This document shows, piece by piece, positions 1 to 12,843 of a DNA stretch of 64,000 nucleotides. Origin of the DNA: Escherichia coli. GTDB lineage: Bacteria > Pseudomonadota > Gammaproteobacteria > Enterobacterales > Enterobacteriaceae. The position numbers and the translations under genes were made by a program. The stretch's first letter is position 1. Each line of letters opens with the position of its first letter. Below the pieces are notes generated by a model. That model was not told where the DNA came from. It searched no databases and saw only the letters and a list, made by a program, of their open reading frames with translations. The stretch lies in the NCBI RefSeq assembly GCF_030384885.1, contig NZ_CP128613.1. The stretch is one strand, 5' to 3'.

Positions 1-388
1 CAACCAGCGCCACCCAACGAACTTTATTGAATGGTAATTTGTGCCCATCTCCATAAGCCAGCCCATTATTCCATACTCTGTCAATATATCCTTTTAGCAT
101 TGCTGGGAAGCTGTACCACCAGAGAGGAAAAACCACCACTAACGTGTCATGTTCAAGCAGCTCTGAATAAAGCTGATGAACCTCTGGAGAATAACGTTTA
201 TCCATATTCTTCCAGTCTGGTTCATCTTCCGGCGTCATCACCGGGTTGAAATTACGCCGATATAAATCGAGTTCCGTCACCTGTATTTTCCGCTCCATTG
301 CCCGCTGATGGATCGCATCAGCAATATGTGCGGTCAATGAATCATGACGAGGATGGGCCCATACCAAATAAATACGTTCAGACTGCAT
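1..388 (-). CDS. ycaK: Flavodoxin-like NAD(P)H-dependent oxidoreductase, 3' end truncated by window edge
   Basis: ATG at 388..386 preceded by GGAGG (revcomp of about 391..400); frame open to position 1; N-terminus MQSERIYLVWAHPRHDSL; divergent from ycaN as in K-12. Not in ORF track because it lacks an in-window stop. Confidence 0.8.
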   Translation of the reverse strand, partial: MQSERIYLVWAHPRHDSLTAHIADAIHQRAMERKIQVTELDLYRRNFNPVMTPEDEPDWKNMDKRYSPEVHQLYSELLEHDTLVVVFPLWWYSFPAMLKGYIDRVWNNGLAYGDGHKLPFNKVRWVALV

Positions 389-487
389 AATTTTACCTCC
401 ACGTTAAGTTCTGGAGCGCACTTTACGCAGGCGGCATCATCCTGTAAACGTGATGATTCAGGATGAGTTAATGAAGGATTTTCACTA

Positions 488-1396
488 ATGCGGATGAATA
501 TGTCTGACTTTGCCACTTTCTTTGCCGTGGCCCGTAATCAAAGCTTTCGCGCAGCAGGCGATGAGTTAGGCTTATCTTCGTCCGCCATTAGCCATAGTAT
601 TAAAACACTGGAACAACGTCTTAAAATTCGCTTATTCAATCGGACAACCCGAAGCGTATCGTTAACGGAAGCGGGTTCTAATCTCTATGAACGATTGCGC
701 CCAGCTTTCGACGAAATTCAGATCATGTTAGATGAGATGAATGATTTTCGTCTGACACCGACAGGTACGCTCAAAATCAATGCCGCCCGGGTAGCTGCAC
801 GTATATTTTTAATGCCTTTACTGGTTGGTTTCACACGTGAATATCCTGATATTAAAGTCGAGCTCACAACTGACGACTCTCTTGTTGATATCGTCCAGCA
901 GGGCTTTGACGCTGGCGTTCGACTTAGTGGCATCGTCGAAAAAGATATGATCAGCGTGGCGATCGGCCCGCCAGTGAAATTATGTGTAGCAGCAACGCCA
1001 GAGTACTTTGCAAGATATGGCAAACCCCGCCATCCTCATGATCTGCTTAATCATCAATGTGTTGTTTTTCGTTATCCCAGCGGCAAACCTTTCCACTGGC
1101 AATTTGCAAAGGAGCTGGAAATTGCTGTCGCAGGAAATATCATTCTGGATGATGTTGATGCTGAACTGGATGCCGTTTTGATGGGTGCTGGTATCGGGTA
1201 TCTGCTCTATGAACAGATCAAGGAGTACCTTGATACCGGTCGTTTAGAATGTGTACTGGAAGACTGGATCACAGAGCGTCCAGGCTTCCAGATCTATTAC
1301 CCAAACCGCCAGTATATGTCCTGCGGCTTGCGCGCATTTCTCGATTATGTAAAAACGGGTCAGATCTGCCAGAGTCAGCGTCACCGACCACAATAA
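488..1396 (+). CDS. ycaN: LysR-family transcriptional regulator
   Basis: ORF track 302 aa; N-terminal HTH region typical of LysR regulators; matches my recollection of K-12 YcaN length. Confidence 0.9.
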   Translation: MRMNMSDFATFFAVARNQSFRAAGDELGLSSSAISHSIKTLEQRLKIRLFNRTTRSVSLTEAGSNLYERLRPAFDEIQIMLDEMNDFRLTPTGTLKINAARVAARIFLMPLLVGFTREYPDIKVELTTDDSLVDIVQQGFDAGVRLSGIVEKDMISVAIGPPVKLCVAATPEYFARYGKPRHPHDLLNHQCVVFRYPSGKPFHWQFAKELEIAVAGNIILDDVDAELDAVLMGAGIGYLLYEQIKEYLDTGRLECVLEDWITERPGFQIYYPNRQYMSCGLRAFLDYVKTGQICQSQRHRPQ

Positions 1397-2827
1397 TTAT
1401 TTGCTATTCGCTTTACGCGCCAGCAGCGGGAATATCAGCCCTAATCCCACCAGCACAAACGGCGTTGCAACATTCAGCGCCAACTGGAATGTCCACTCTG
1501 CGGTGAAGGCTTCCATTTTCGGGAAAATACCCGTCAGGCAGGCAAAAGCGGTAAAGGCAAAACACCAAATTCCGACGGTCATTGCCAGCGGCTTATTACG
1601 AATAAAAACATATTCCGGCTTATATTTCTGCGCCAGGCGAACAACTGCAATAAATGCAACAAATACCCATAAATAACGCAGCGGCATCACTACCGAGTTA
1701 AGGTTCAACAGCCATTTATAGAGATTGTTCATATCACCGATGCCGAGAGTCGGCAGCATAATCAGGATCGCCACCAGCACCAGGGTCAGAAAATAGCCAT
1801 TAACGGGCGTACCAGATGCGTTGGTACGACATAAACTGGCAGGAATATATTTGCTGTCAGCATCGCCTAATAATACTTTAAGCGGCGCATCAATCGAGAA
1901 TACCAGCGCAGCTACTTGACCCAGAGTATTCGCAATGGCGTAAATCACCATTAAAGTATTACCCATGCTGTAATACTCGCCCAGCTTCTGGAAGGCGTAA
2001 TACTGGCCGTTGGTCATTAAGTCATCGGGAATATTGCGGGAGTCAAACATCATCCCCATTGCAAGCGATCCAAGGATCGCGCACACCGCAACCATCACCG
2101 CCAGGCATAACATCCCTTTTGGAAATTCTTTTCCTGGGTTGCGCGTTTGATTAACGTAGGGAGAAATCTTCTCTGCTCCACCAACCGCAAAGACCAGCAT
2201 TGAAATAGTGGTAATGTAGGTAAAGTCGATATGAGGAATAAACGTTTCCCAGGTAATGTTTGTGGTCGCAATATGCACTTCAGTAATCGCAGGCGCGGTT
2301 ACCGCCATCGCCACATACAGGAGCGACATAACAAACATCGCAATCCCTGCCACAGAACCGACGATTTTCAGCGATTTCATACCGCGTGAAGCAACCCACA
2401 TAAAGAAGACAAACAGCACCAGCGTTAACCCCTGTAACGCTACGACTGAATATTCTTTGATTAGCGAACCGTCGCCTTTCATCGCCCAACCGAGCGCAAT
2501 CAGTATTGCCTGGGGTTTTTGTGCCAGATAGGGAATATGCACTACCCAGTAGGTCCACGCGGCGAGGTAAGCCAGTCCGGGTCCCATCGTGTGTTTAATC
2601 CAGGTACTGACCCCGCCCTTCCCATCTTTGAAGGTCGAGCCTAACTGACCAACAATTAGCGCATAAGGTGTGAAATAGAGCGCAAAGATAAACACCCATG
2701 AAAAAACAACCACCAGCCCCTGGTTGGCGTAGTTATTAACAACGTTGCCAAAACCCCAGACAGTGATAAAAGACATCAGCGCAATGTTGTACCATCGCAG
2801 CTGTTTTTCCTGAACATTCCCAGCCAT
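1397..2827 (-). CDS. ycaM: APC-family amino acid transporter (inner membrane)
   Basis: ORF track 1397..3019 (540 aa); start trimmed to internal ATG 2827 (MAGNVQEKQ...) with AAGGA upstream, giving 476 aa; polytopic hydrophobic profile. Confidence 0.85.
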   Translation of the reverse strand: MAGNVQEKQLRWYNIALMSFITVWGFGNVVNNYANQGLVVVFSWVFIFALYFTPYALIVGQLGSTFKDGKGGVSTWIKHTMGPGLAYLAAWTYWVVHIPYLAQKPQAILIALGWAMKGDGSLIKEYSVVALQGLTLVLFVFFMWVASRGMKSLKIVGSVAGIAMFVMSLLYVAMAVTAPAITEVHIATTNITWETFIPHIDFTYITTISMLVFAVGGAEKISPYVNQTRNPGKEFPKGMLCLAVMVAVCAILGSLAMGMMFDSRNIPDDLMTNGQYYAFQKLGEYYSMGNTLMVIYAIANTLGQVAALVFSIDAPLKVLLGDADSKYIPASLCRTNASGTPVNGYFLTLVLVAILIMLPTLGIGDMNNLYKWLLNLNSVVMPLRYLWVFVAFIAVVRLAQKYKPEYVFIRNKPLAMTVGIWCFAFTAFACLTGIFPKMEAFTAEWTFQLALNVATPFVLVGLGLIFPLLARKANSK

Positions 2828-3036
2828 AGACAAATCCTTCGCCAAAATTAAAGGGGCATCTGTAAAACGAGGGATTATGCGCGGCAAATAAGAAGTGCGG
2901 AAATAGCGAAATGCAAAATTATAACCTGCTGCACATTTTATTTTGAAACGAATAAAATTTTGAAAAAAGCAAGTCAGAGAGAAGAAACAAAAAAGCAGAG
3001 TGTGAAACAGTAAGTTCACACTCTGCGTTAATTCAT

Positions 3037-4185
3037 TTACACGTGAGCAACGGGTTTCGGCGTATGACCGGCGTTGCGAAGCAGCATCAGCAAATAGATA
3101 AACGATACGCTGGCGATCATGATAAACAATAAATTATCGGAGAAATTCTGCATTAGCATGGCAGTAAATGACGGGCCAAGCAGACTTCCCACAGTATAGC
3201 TCAACAGTAAGGCCTGGTTCATCGCCACCAGTTGATGATGTTCAACTTTCTCGCAAGCCCATGCCATCGCCACCGGATATAGCGTAAAGCCAGCGGCACC
3301 GAGGATGAATAACGCTGGGGCCATCGCCGCCTGGCTAAGCATCGCGATACTGCCGAGAATGACGACAAAGACCTGAACACGCAACACCAGCAGTCGACCA
3401 AACTTATCGGCCAGACGTCCAATCGGCCATTGTCCAAGGATACCCGCACTGACCAGTACCGCCATCCAGAAACCAATGCTGGCATTGCTCACCCCTTTGT
3501 GATTGAGGTACAGCGGCATCAGGCCATATAGAGATCCCCGAACGATTCCTGAGATAATGCAGCCATTCACGCCAAGCCGCGCCTGACGGAGTTTTAGCAT
3601 TGACGTAATTGACGTCGAATCATGGTTTTCAGCCTGCTGATTCAGCACACGCGTAAACAACAGCGGTAAGATCCCTGCCAACGTCAAACCTGTAACCCAC
3701 GGCAATACGGACATCAGCTCGGTTGAAACTTTGCTGACCAGTAACTGGCCTAAAAACGTTCCCACGTAATAAACCATCATATACGCAGCAAGCAAACGAC
3801 CACGGTTACGTGACGTCCCACTGCACATCAGCGCGCTCTCAACGACCACCCAAATCATGGCACAGCCGACACCCGCTACAAAACGCCACGCCAACCAGCT
3901 CCAGAAACCAATCATCAGGCCAAGACCTGCACAGCCAGCGGCAAAAATGAAGGAGGCCAGATAATAGCTGCGGTTAAAGCCAATGCGCTTAATGACATAC
4001 CCTGTCAGCAATGTACCGACCAGGTTGCCGGTAAAATAGGATGAGCTGACAACGCCTACCTGCCATGTGGACATATGTTCCTGGGCGAGCCAAAGCGGCA
4101 CGAGTGTATTTAACACTGCGATCGCCAAAGTCAACAAAAGCAGGCCAGACAGCAAAAGCATGACAGGCCGGGTATACGTGGACAT
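3037..4185 (-). CDS. ycaD: MFS transporter
   Basis: ORF track 382 aa; multiple hydrophobic helices; length matches K-12 YcaD. Confidence 0.9.
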   Translation of the reverse strand: MSTYTRPVMLLLSGLLLLTLAIAVLNTLVPLWLAQEHMSTWQVGVVSSSYFTGNLVGTLLTGYVIKRIGFNRSYYLASFIFAAGCAGLGLMIGFWSWLAWRFVAGVGCAMIWVVVESALMCSGTSRNRGRLLAAYMMVYYVGTFLGQLLVSKVSTELMSVLPWVTGLTLAGILPLLFTRVLNQQAENHDSTSITSMLKLRQARLGVNGCIISGIVRGSLYGLMPLYLNHKGVSNASIGFWMAVLVSAGILGQWPIGRLADKFGRLLVLRVQVFVVILGSIAMLSQAAMAPALFILGAAGFTLYPVAMAWACEKVEHHQLVAMNQALLLSYTVGSLLGPSFTAMLMQNFSDNLLFIMIASVSFIYLLMLLRNAGHTPKPVAHV

Positions 4186-4499
4186 GAATTAAAACCGTGA
4201 GGAAGTTCAAATTTCATGCGCATCATGCCACCGCCAAAAACATTGTCAATGGGTGAAAATACGCGCATATCGCAGCTGAGGTATTATCGATTTATATTAC
4301 TCATTCATAACGCTAATGCTGGAGAGACGATTAATCTCATCTGATTGTTTTTATTGATCTAACACAAATTTCATACGCTTCGTTCAGTCGAAAAATTTCA
4401 TGGTCACAGCAAACTCATATTTCCCGTCTATGCTTTCAGAGCAATGCATCGCGTCTGACCGATTTCAGACGTACCGCTGACTCTCGAAAGGAGAAGAGG

Positions 4500-5126
4500 A
4501 TGACCAAACCGTATGTTCGTCTCGATAAAAATGATGCTGCCGTTTTGCTTGTTGATCACCAGGCTGGTTTACTTTCCCTTGTACGGGATATTGAACCCGA
4601 TAAGTTTAAAAATAACGTGCTGGCGCTGGGTGATCTGGCTAAGTATTTCAACTTACCTACTATTCTTACCACCAGTTTTGAAACCGGCCCTAACGGCCCA
4701 TTAGTTCCGGAACTGAAAGCACAGTTCCCTGATGCACCTTACATTGCTCGCCCGGGAAATATTAACGCCTGGGATAACGAAGATTTTGTGAAAGCGGTAA
4801 AAGCGACAGGTAAAAAACAATTGATTATCGCTGGTGTGGTAACCGAAGTTTGCGTTGCGTTCCCGGCACTTTCGGCAATTGAAGAAGGGTTTGATGTCTT
4901 TGTCGTGACTGACGCGTCAGGAACCTTTAACGAAATTACCCGGCACTCGGCGTGGGATCGAATGTCGCAAGCGGGTGCGCAATTGATGACATGGTTCGGC
5001 GTGGCGTGCGAGCTGCATCGCGACTGGCGTAATGATATTGAAGGACTGGCGACGTTGTTCTCTAACCATATTCCTGATTATCGTAATTTGATGACCAGTT
5101 ATGACACGTTAACGAAGCAGAAATAA
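4500..5126 (+). CDS. ycaC: Isochorismatase-family hydrolase
   Basis: ORF track 208 aa; matches K-12 YcaC. Confidence 0.9.
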   Translation: MTKPYVRLDKNDAAVLLVDHQAGLLSLVRDIEPDKFKNNVLALGDLAKYFNLPTILTTSFETGPNGPLVPELKAQFPDAPYIARPGNINAWDNEDFVKAVKATGKKQLIIAGVVTEVCVAFPALSAIEEGFDVFVVTDASGTFNEITRHSAWDRMSQAGAQLMTWFGVACELHRDWRNDIEGLATLFSNHIPDYRNLMTSYDTLTKQK

Positions 5127-5131
5127 AAGAG

Positions 5132-5153
5132 AACCGGGGCCGAAACCCCGGTT
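5132..5153. terminator. Bidirectional rho-independent terminator between convergent ycaC and dmsC
   Basis: Perfect hairpin AACCGGGG-ccgaaa-CCCCGGTT flanked by A/T runs, located between the two stop codons. Confidence 0.7.
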
Positions 5154-5160
5154 GTTATGA

Positions 5161-6024
5161 TTAGCTTGCGACGGCCATTCCCACGGTCATATGCAAACCA
5201 TAGAATACGCCACGACCGATTAATTCCCCTGCCAGAAGCAGAATGAATGATACGGAAAGTAGCGGAACCGCAGGCTGATAACCTTTTAGCTGTGGGGCAA
5301 TCCACAAGCACAGGGCAACAGCCAAAAGCACGATCCGCCAGGACATCAGCGCACCATAGTCCGGCACCAGCGCTGCGGCCTGCTGCACAGAGCTATGAAT
5401 AGTCGCCAGCTCTGCGCCCTGCATCACTGACACCACGCCACTCACTACCAGGGCCAGTACAGAAATAGCTGGCAGCAGACGCATCGCCCAGCCATCGACG
5501 CCAGCCAGACTCAGTAACAGGTAACCCAGTAACGGGCCGCCCATGAACATCGTCAGGAAGAAGCCCATCGGTGTCCAGATGCTGTACCAGGTGGGTACGG
5601 TATCGATGCTGTTATAGACACGCACCATCATCCAGACAAAGACTACGCCAAGAACCATCGTCACCACCAGCCACAGCGTACGCAATGCCGGTGACAGCTT
5701 TTTCAGCATTGCCAGTAACCAGCCGATGCCACCAACAGCAAAAAAGATCGAACCGCTGGCGATTTCGTTACTGAGTGCTGAAGCCCCTACCCGGTTGAGC
5801 GAGTTAAAGGCGCGCATCGGTGAACCAAGATGAAGCATAGAGGCGATAAAGCCAATCCCCATCAGCACCCATAAGCCAAACATGCAGGCGATAACACGCT
5901 GCTGGGCTTCTGCTCGCAGGTCGCCTTTGAGCAGCGCCAAAGCCAGAACGATAAAACCACCTGCTACACATTGCCCGAAGACCGTGAAGATCATCAGCGG
6001 CCATTCATGCCATCCACTTCCCAT
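5161..6024 (-). CDS. dmsC: DMSO reductase membrane anchor subunit
   Basis: ORF track 5161..6087; start set to ATG 6024 (MGSGWHEWPLMIF...) with GGAGG upstream and 4-bp overlap with dmsB stop; 287 aa. Confidence 0.9.
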   Translation of the reverse strand: MGSGWHEWPLMIFTVFGQCVAGGFIVLALALLKGDLRAEAQQRVIACMFGLWVLMGIGFIASMLHLGSPMRAFNSLNRVGASALSNEIASGSIFFAVGGIGWLLAMLKKLSPALRTLWLVVTMVLGVVFVWMMVRVYNSIDTVPTWYSIWTPMGFFLTMFMGGPLLGYLLLSLAGVDGWAMRLLPAISVLALVVSGVVSVMQGAELATIHSSVQQAAALVPDYGALMSWRIVLLAVALCLWIAPQLKGYQPAVPLLSVSFILLLAGELIGRGVFYGLHMTVGMAVAS

Positions 6025-6025
6025 C

Positions 6026-6643
6026 TCACACCTCCTTCGGGTTTGCCAGATAGCCAGTGGTATCCCCGGTCGGGCGGCTGTTGGCATTGGGTTTGATCAC
6101 AATATTCGGTTTGGTAAAGTGAGCTCGCGGCAACGGCGCAACAGCCGCCAAATCGCCATGTTTTTTACGCAGCTCGTCGATAGGGCCGAAATCCAGCGCC
6201 CGCAGCGGGCAAGATTCAACACAGATCGGCTTCTTCCCCTCCGCAACACGGTCATAACAACCATCGCATTTGGTCATATGGCCTTTCGTTTCGTTATATT
6301 GCGGTGCGCCATACGGGCAAGCCATATGGCAGTAGCGGCAGCCAATGCACACATCTTCATCGACCACAACAAAACCATCTTCACGTTTATGCATCGCACC
6401 GCTCGGGCAGACTTTAGTACAAGCCGGATCTTCGCAGTGGTTACATGAAATCGACAGATAGTAGGCAAACACGTTCTGATGCCAGACACCGTTATCTTCC
6501 TGCCAGTCACCGCCAGCATATTCATAAATGCGGCGGAAGCTGACTTCCGGCGTCAGATCTTTATAGTCTTTACAGGCCAGCTCGCAGGTTTTGCAACCGG
6601 TGCAACGGCTGGAATCAATAAAAAATCCATACTGGGTTGTCAT
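6026..6643 (-). CDS. dmsB: DMSO reductase iron-sulfur subunit (four Cys-cluster ferredoxin motifs)
   Basis: ORF track 205 aa; CxxCxxCxxxCP motifs visible in translation. Confidence 0.95.
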   Translation of the reverse strand: MTTQYGFFIDSSRCTGCKTCELACKDYKDLTPEVSFRRIYEYAGGDWQEDNGVWHQNVFAYYLSISCNHCEDPACTKVCPSGAMHKREDGFVVVDEDVCIGCRYCHMACPYGAPQYNETKGHMTKCDGCYDRVAEGKKPICVESCPLRALDFGPIDELRKKHGDLAAVAPLPRAHFTKPNIVIKPNANSRPTGDTTGYLANPKEV

Positions 6644-6653
6644 CGGTTACTCC

Positions 6654-9098
6654 TTACACCTTTTCAACCTGAACCAGGTTTGTATGTGACGGATTCCCCT
6701 TAGCGAGAGGAGACGGACGTTGAGTGGTCAGTACGTTAATACAACCGCCCTTATCGACACGTTTTGCATCCGGGTCATACCAGGCACCTTCACCCAGTGC
6801 GACCACACCCGGCATCATTCGTGGCGTCACTTTTGCCTCAATGTGAACCTCACCACGGTCGTTAAAGATCCTGACCTTATCGCCGTTGTTGATACCGCGT
6901 TTTTGTGCATCAAGCGGGTTGATCCACATTTCCTGACGGCAAGCTGCTTTCAGCACATCAACGTTGCCGTAAGTTGAGTGAACGCGAGATTTGTAGTGGA
7001 AGCCAGTAAGCTGCAGCGGATATTGTTTGTTCAGCGGATCCTGATAACTTTCAAAGCCCGGCGTGTAGATCGGCAGTGGATCGATCACGTCGCCTTCTGG
7101 CAATTCCCAGGTCGCGGCAATGTCAGCCAGCGCCTGCGAATAAATCTCAATTTTACCCGATGGCGTGGTCAGCGGATTTGCCTGCGGATCTTCACGGAAA
7201 GCTTTATAAGCAACGTGATGCCCTTGTGGGTCGCGCTTTTTAAAGATCCCCTGCTTGCGGAACTCTTCAAACGTTGGCAGTTCAGGAATCGCTTCCCGCG
7301 ACTGGGCATACAGATGCCGCATCCACTCTTCCTGTGTACGGCCTTCAGTAAACTGTTGCTCAACGCCAAGACGTTTTGCCAGTTCGCTGGTCATTTCATA
7401 GATGGTCTTACATTCAAAGCGCGGTTTAATCACCTGATCGTTGAAAATCACGTAAGACATATTCCCGCAGGATGCATCCAGTGCAAAGTCCATCTGTTCG
7501 GAAGCAGTGCAGTCAGGCAGCAGGATGTCAGCATATTTCGCCGATGAAGTCATGTGGCAGTCGATAACCACAATCAGCTCGCACTTCTTATCATCCTGAA
7601 GGATTTCATGGGTACGGTTGATTTCAGAATGCTGGTTAATCAGGCAGTTACCGGCATAGTTCCAGATCATTTTGATCGGCACATCCAGCTTATCTTTCCC
7701 GCGCACACCATCACGCAGCGCTGTCATTTCCGGGCCACGTTCAATGGCATCGGTCCACATAAACATCGAAATGCTGGTCTGGATCGGGTTTTCGAGGGTC
7801 GGCATACGGACAAAAGGTAAGCTGTATGAACCTTCACGCGCGCCGCTGTTGCCCCCGTTAATACCAACGTTACCGGTCAGAATCGCCAGCATCGAGATAG
7901 CACGGGTTGCGATTTCACCGTTAGCGTGACGCTGCGGGCCCCATCCCTGGCTGATAAACGCCGGTTTGGTACTACCGATTTCACGAGCCAATTTGATGAT
8001 TTTGTCTGCCGGAACACCGGTGATTTGCGAGGCCCATTCCGGCGTTTTAGCCACGCCATCTGGCCCTTCACCCAGAATATAAGCTTTATAGTGGCCATTT
8101 TTCGGTGCACTGGCTGGTAGGGTTTTCTCGTCGTAGCCAACGCAATATTTATCGAGGAATGCCTGATCCACCAGGTTTTCGGTGATCATGACATACGCCA
8201 GACCGTTAACCAGTGCGGCATCTGTTCCCGGACGAATAGGGATCCACTCATCTTCGCGCCCGGCACCGGTGTCAGTATAGCGCGGATCGATGATGATCAT
8301 GCGAGCATTAGATTTCTGGCGCGCCTGTTCAAGATAGTAAGTCACCCCACCGCCACTCATTCGCGTTTCGCCAGGGTTATTACCAAACAGCACTACCAGT
8401 TTACTGTTTTCGATATCCGACGGGCTGTTACCATCTGCCCAGCCGCCGTAGGTATAGTTCAAACCTTCCGCAATTTGCGCGGAAGAGTAGTCACCGTAAT
8501 GGTTCAGGTAACCGCCGCAGCAGTTCATCAGGCGAGCGACCAGGGTATTTCCCGGCGGCCAGGAGCGGGTCATGGTGCCGCCCAGCGTACCGGTACCATA
8601 GTTCAGATAGATAGACTCGTTGCCGTACTCTTTGATCAGGCGCTGCATATTGGTCGCGATGATGTCGTAGGCTTCTTCCCAGCTAATGCGCTCGAATTTG
8701 CCTTCACCGCGCGCCCCGACTCGTTTCATCGGATATTTCAGGCGGTCCGGATTGTAGACACGGCGACGCATGGAACGCCCACGCAGACAGGCGCGCACCT
8801 GGTGCAGGCCGTCATAGTTGTCATCGCCGGTATTATCCGTTTCAACATATTTAATTTCACCGTCCACAACGTGCATACGTAGCGGGCAGCGGCTACCACA
8901 GTTAACTGTACAGGCGCTCCAGATTACCTTTTCGTCTGACTTTGCCGGAAGGGCACTATCAACAGCGTGCGCAATCCGACTAAAAGGTAATGTTAATGCG
9001 CTGCTGGCCATTGCCAGGCCGCCGATCGCTGTCGTTTTTACCAAACCACGGCGACTCACCTCAGCAGCCAATACCGCATCAGGGATTTTCGTTTTCAT
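6654..9098 (-). CDS. dmsA: DMSO reductase catalytic molybdopterin subunit with twin-arginine signal
   Basis: ORF track 814 aa; N-terminal SRRGLVK Tat motif; molybdopterin oxidoreductase architecture. Confidence 0.95.
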   Translation of the reverse strand: MKTKIPDAVLAAEVSRRGLVKTTAIGGLAMASSALTLPFSRIAHAVDSALPAKSDEKVIWSACTVNCGSRCPLRMHVVDGEIKYVETDNTGDDNYDGLHQVRACLRGRSMRRRVYNPDRLKYPMKRVGARGEGKFERISWEEAYDIIATNMQRLIKEYGNESIYLNYGTGTLGGTMTRSWPPGNTLVARLMNCCGGYLNHYGDYSSAQIAEGLNYTYGGWADGNSPSDIENSKLVVLFGNNPGETRMSGGGVTYYLEQARQKSNARMIIIDPRYTDTGAGREDEWIPIRPGTDAALVNGLAYVMITENLVDQAFLDKYCVGYDEKTLPASAPKNGHYKAYILGEGPDGVAKTPEWASQITGVPADKIIKLAREIGSTKPAFISQGWGPQRHANGEIATRAISMLAILTGNVGINGGNSGAREGSYSLPFVRMPTLENPIQTSISMFMWTDAIERGPEMTALRDGVRGKDKLDVPIKMIWNYAGNCLINQHSEINRTHEILQDDKKCELIVVIDCHMTSSAKYADILLPDCTASEQMDFALDASCGNMSYVIFNDQVIKPRFECKTIYEMTSELAKRLGVEQQFTEGRTQEEWMRHLYAQSREAIPELPTFEEFRKQGIFKKRDPQGHHVAYKAFREDPQANPLTTPSGKIEIYSQALADIAATWELPEGDVIDPLPIYTPGFESYQDPLNKQYPLQLTGFHYKSRVHSTYGNVDVLKAACRQEMWINPLDAQKRGINNGDKVRIFNDRGEVHIEAKVTPRMMPGVVALGEGAWYDPDAKRVDKGGCINVLTTQRPSPLAKGNPSHTNLVQVEKV

Positions 9099-9268
9099 AA
9101 TGGCTCACTCAAGCTTGCTCACGATTGATTCCAGTAACAAACCGTATTGTGTAATTATTTCTATAGCAGTTCGCTATATAGGCTTGTATATATCGAATGA
9201 TTTGAAAATCAAAGAGATAGGTAGATTTTCACTCGAAAGTAGTATTACGTGTTAGTGAGGAGTAATTA

Positions 9269-9282
9269 TTGTTCGGTATCAA
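9269..9282 (-). promoter_or_regulatory. FNR box upstream of dmsA
   Basis: Minus-strand reading TTGATaccgAACAA matches the TTGAT-N4-ATCAA FNR consensus; position verified against the overlapping ORF-track frame. Confidence 0.7.
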
Positions 9283-9290
9283 AGGGAGAC

Positions 9291-9316
9291 AAAAAAAGCG
9301 CCCGCAGGCGCTTTTT
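9291..9316 (-). terminator. serS rho-independent terminator (bidirectional hairpin)
   Basis: A-run, GCGCC-cgca-GGCGC stem-loop, T-run immediately downstream of the serS stop. Confidence 0.7.
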
Positions 9317-9336
9317 AGATTCAGAAAAATTGGGTA

Positions 9337-10650
<1,314 letters not shown>

Positions 10651-10719
10651 TTAAATGGGAGATGTGGCCACAGCCTGCGACCACAGGGATACAGTAACAA
10701 CATTACCGCAACGATAACA

Positions 10720-12063
10720 TTAACGGTAGCGTTTTATGGGGCTATTTTGATCCTGTTCAGCCAGCCAGGCGAGCTTTTCGCCAATCTTGCCTTCAAGGCC
10801 CCTGTTTGTCGGGAAATAATAGCGTGTTTGTGCTATTTCCGGCGGGAAGTAAACCTCACCGGCAGCATAAGCGTTTGCTTCATCATGAGCATAACGATAT
10901 TCCTGACCGTAGCCCATTTCCTTCATTAATTTTGTCGGCGCATTACGCAAATGAACCGGCACGTCATAATCCGGACGTTCGCGAGCATCGGCCAGCGCGG
11001 CTTTAAATGCGGTATAGACAGCGTTACTTTTTGGCGCGCAGGCCAGGTAAACAATCGCCTGAGCAATGGCACGTTCACCTTCAGCCGGACCAACGCGAGT
11101 AAAGCAATCCCAAGCCGCAATTGCCACCTGCATCGCTCGTGGATCAGCATTACCCACATCTTCCGACGCTATCGCCAGACAGCGACGCGCGACATATAAC
11201 GGATCGCCTCCGGCGGTAATAATTCGCGCATACCAGTACAGCGCCGCATCGGGTGCGCTACCACGTACCGACTTATGCAGTGCGGAAATGAGATCGTAAA
11301 AGCGATCGCCTTTGTTATCAAAGCGGGCGCTACGTTCACCGGCGATTTCGGTCAGTAATTCAGGTTTCAGGACCCGCTTACCGCTATCATCGACTTCGGC
11401 CATATCCGCCATCATTTCCAACGTATTTAACGCCCGGCGCGCGTCGCCATTCACCAGTTCAGCAATGGCGCGTCGTGTTTCATCTGGCAGAACAATATCC
11501 TGACCACCATAGCCACGGGTTTTGTCTTCCATCGCCTGAGTCAGTACTTGCTCAATATCCTCTGTACTGAGGGATTTCAGCAGATAGACACGGGCACGGG
11601 AAAGCAGTGCCGAATTAAGCTCAAATGACGGGTTTTCAGTGGTTGCACCAATAAAAGTGATGGTACCGTCTTCAATATGTGGCAGAAATGCATCCTGCTG
11701 ACTTTTGTTGAAACGGTGAACTTCGTCAACAAAAAGAATAGTGCGGCGACCAGCATTGCGGTTTTGCCGAGCGCGCTCGATCGCCTCACGAATCTCTTTC
11801 ACGCCAGAGGTGACGGCAGAAATACGTTCCACATCAGCGTTCGCATAACGGGCTATAACTTCAGCGAGGGTTGTTTTGCCGGTACCCGGTGGCCCCCAGA
11901 GGATCATAGAATGCAAATGCCCGGCTTCGATAGCGCGCGGCAATGGCTTCCCGGCAGCCAGCAAATGTTGCTGGCCGATATACTGTGCTAAATTTTCTGG
12001 CCGCATACGCGCGGCCAGAGGTTGAAAAGTATTATCCGAAAAATCGAGCGACAGATTGCTCAC
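10720..12063 (-). CDS. rarA: Replication-associated recombination protein A (AAA+ ATPase)
   Basis: ORF track 447 aa; Walker [10 protein letters not shown] present. Confidence 0.95.
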
Positions 12064-12073
12064 TCAGGTGCCT

Positions 12074-12685
12074 CTACTTACGTTGATCATCTACCGTGAC
12101 GCCTTGCGGCGGGGTGAAGGTAAATTTCGCTGCATCCACAGCCCCATTTTGCTGGGATTTCAGCTGATAACTGCTGCGCTGATCGTCCTGCTCCACCGCG
12201 CTAAACTGATGGATTGTGCCATCACGCCCTACGTTAATGGTGAACTGCTTCAAATTGCCATTGCTGGCTTTCGGCGTCAGGACAAAGTCATCGCCATTCT
12301 GTTTGATATTGTACTGCTGCCAGTCGCTGGACTGGTTGCGGGCAATCAGCATAAACGGCGTATTACCGGTGGCATCTTTCAGCCAGGTTGCCGTAGCTTG
12401 CTCAACGAACGGGTTATAGAACCACAGTGTTTTACCGTCAGAAACCAGAATGCTTTCGTCAGGTTGAGTCATATGCCAGTTGAATAAGTTTGGACGTTTC
12501 ACCCACAGATCGCCCTGACCTTCCTGCACCGCCGCACCGCTACCGTCAGTCACTTTTTGTGTGAAGCTGGCGTGGAAGCTGCTGACTTTATCCAGACGGC
12601 TTTTCAGATCGCTTGCGGCATCAGCCCAAACGCTGCTTGCTACTAAGCTTGAGAGTAATGCACAGGTGATGGCAATTTTTTTCAT
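12074..12685 (-). CDS. lolA: Outer-membrane lipoprotein carrier protein
   Basis: ORF track 204 aa starting MMKK; second ATG chosen (203 aa) with signal peptide; first ATG equally possible. Confidence 0.9.
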
Positions 12686-12797
12686 CATTATTCCTCAAAT
12701 TACGTCACTCCCGACCGGGAGCTCCCTCTACTCTCTATTCCAGGCTAATAATCAGCTTGAGGAAAGAAGAAAATACTGAATTTTCAGTTACCAGATT

Positions 12798-12833
12798 GCC
12801 GGATGCGACGCTACCGCGCCTTATCCGGCATAC
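12798..12833. repeat. REP (repetitive extragenic palindrome) element
   Basis: GCCGGATGCG...CGCCTTATCCGGCATAC matches the REP consensus family; intergenic between lolA and ftsK. Coordinates approximate. Confidence 0.6.
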
Positions 12834-12843
12834 GATGCATTAA

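Noticed and set aside
5882-6448. 188-aa ORF antisense to dmsC/dmsB
   Set aside because: Embedded in conserved dms genes on the opposite strand; no start context.
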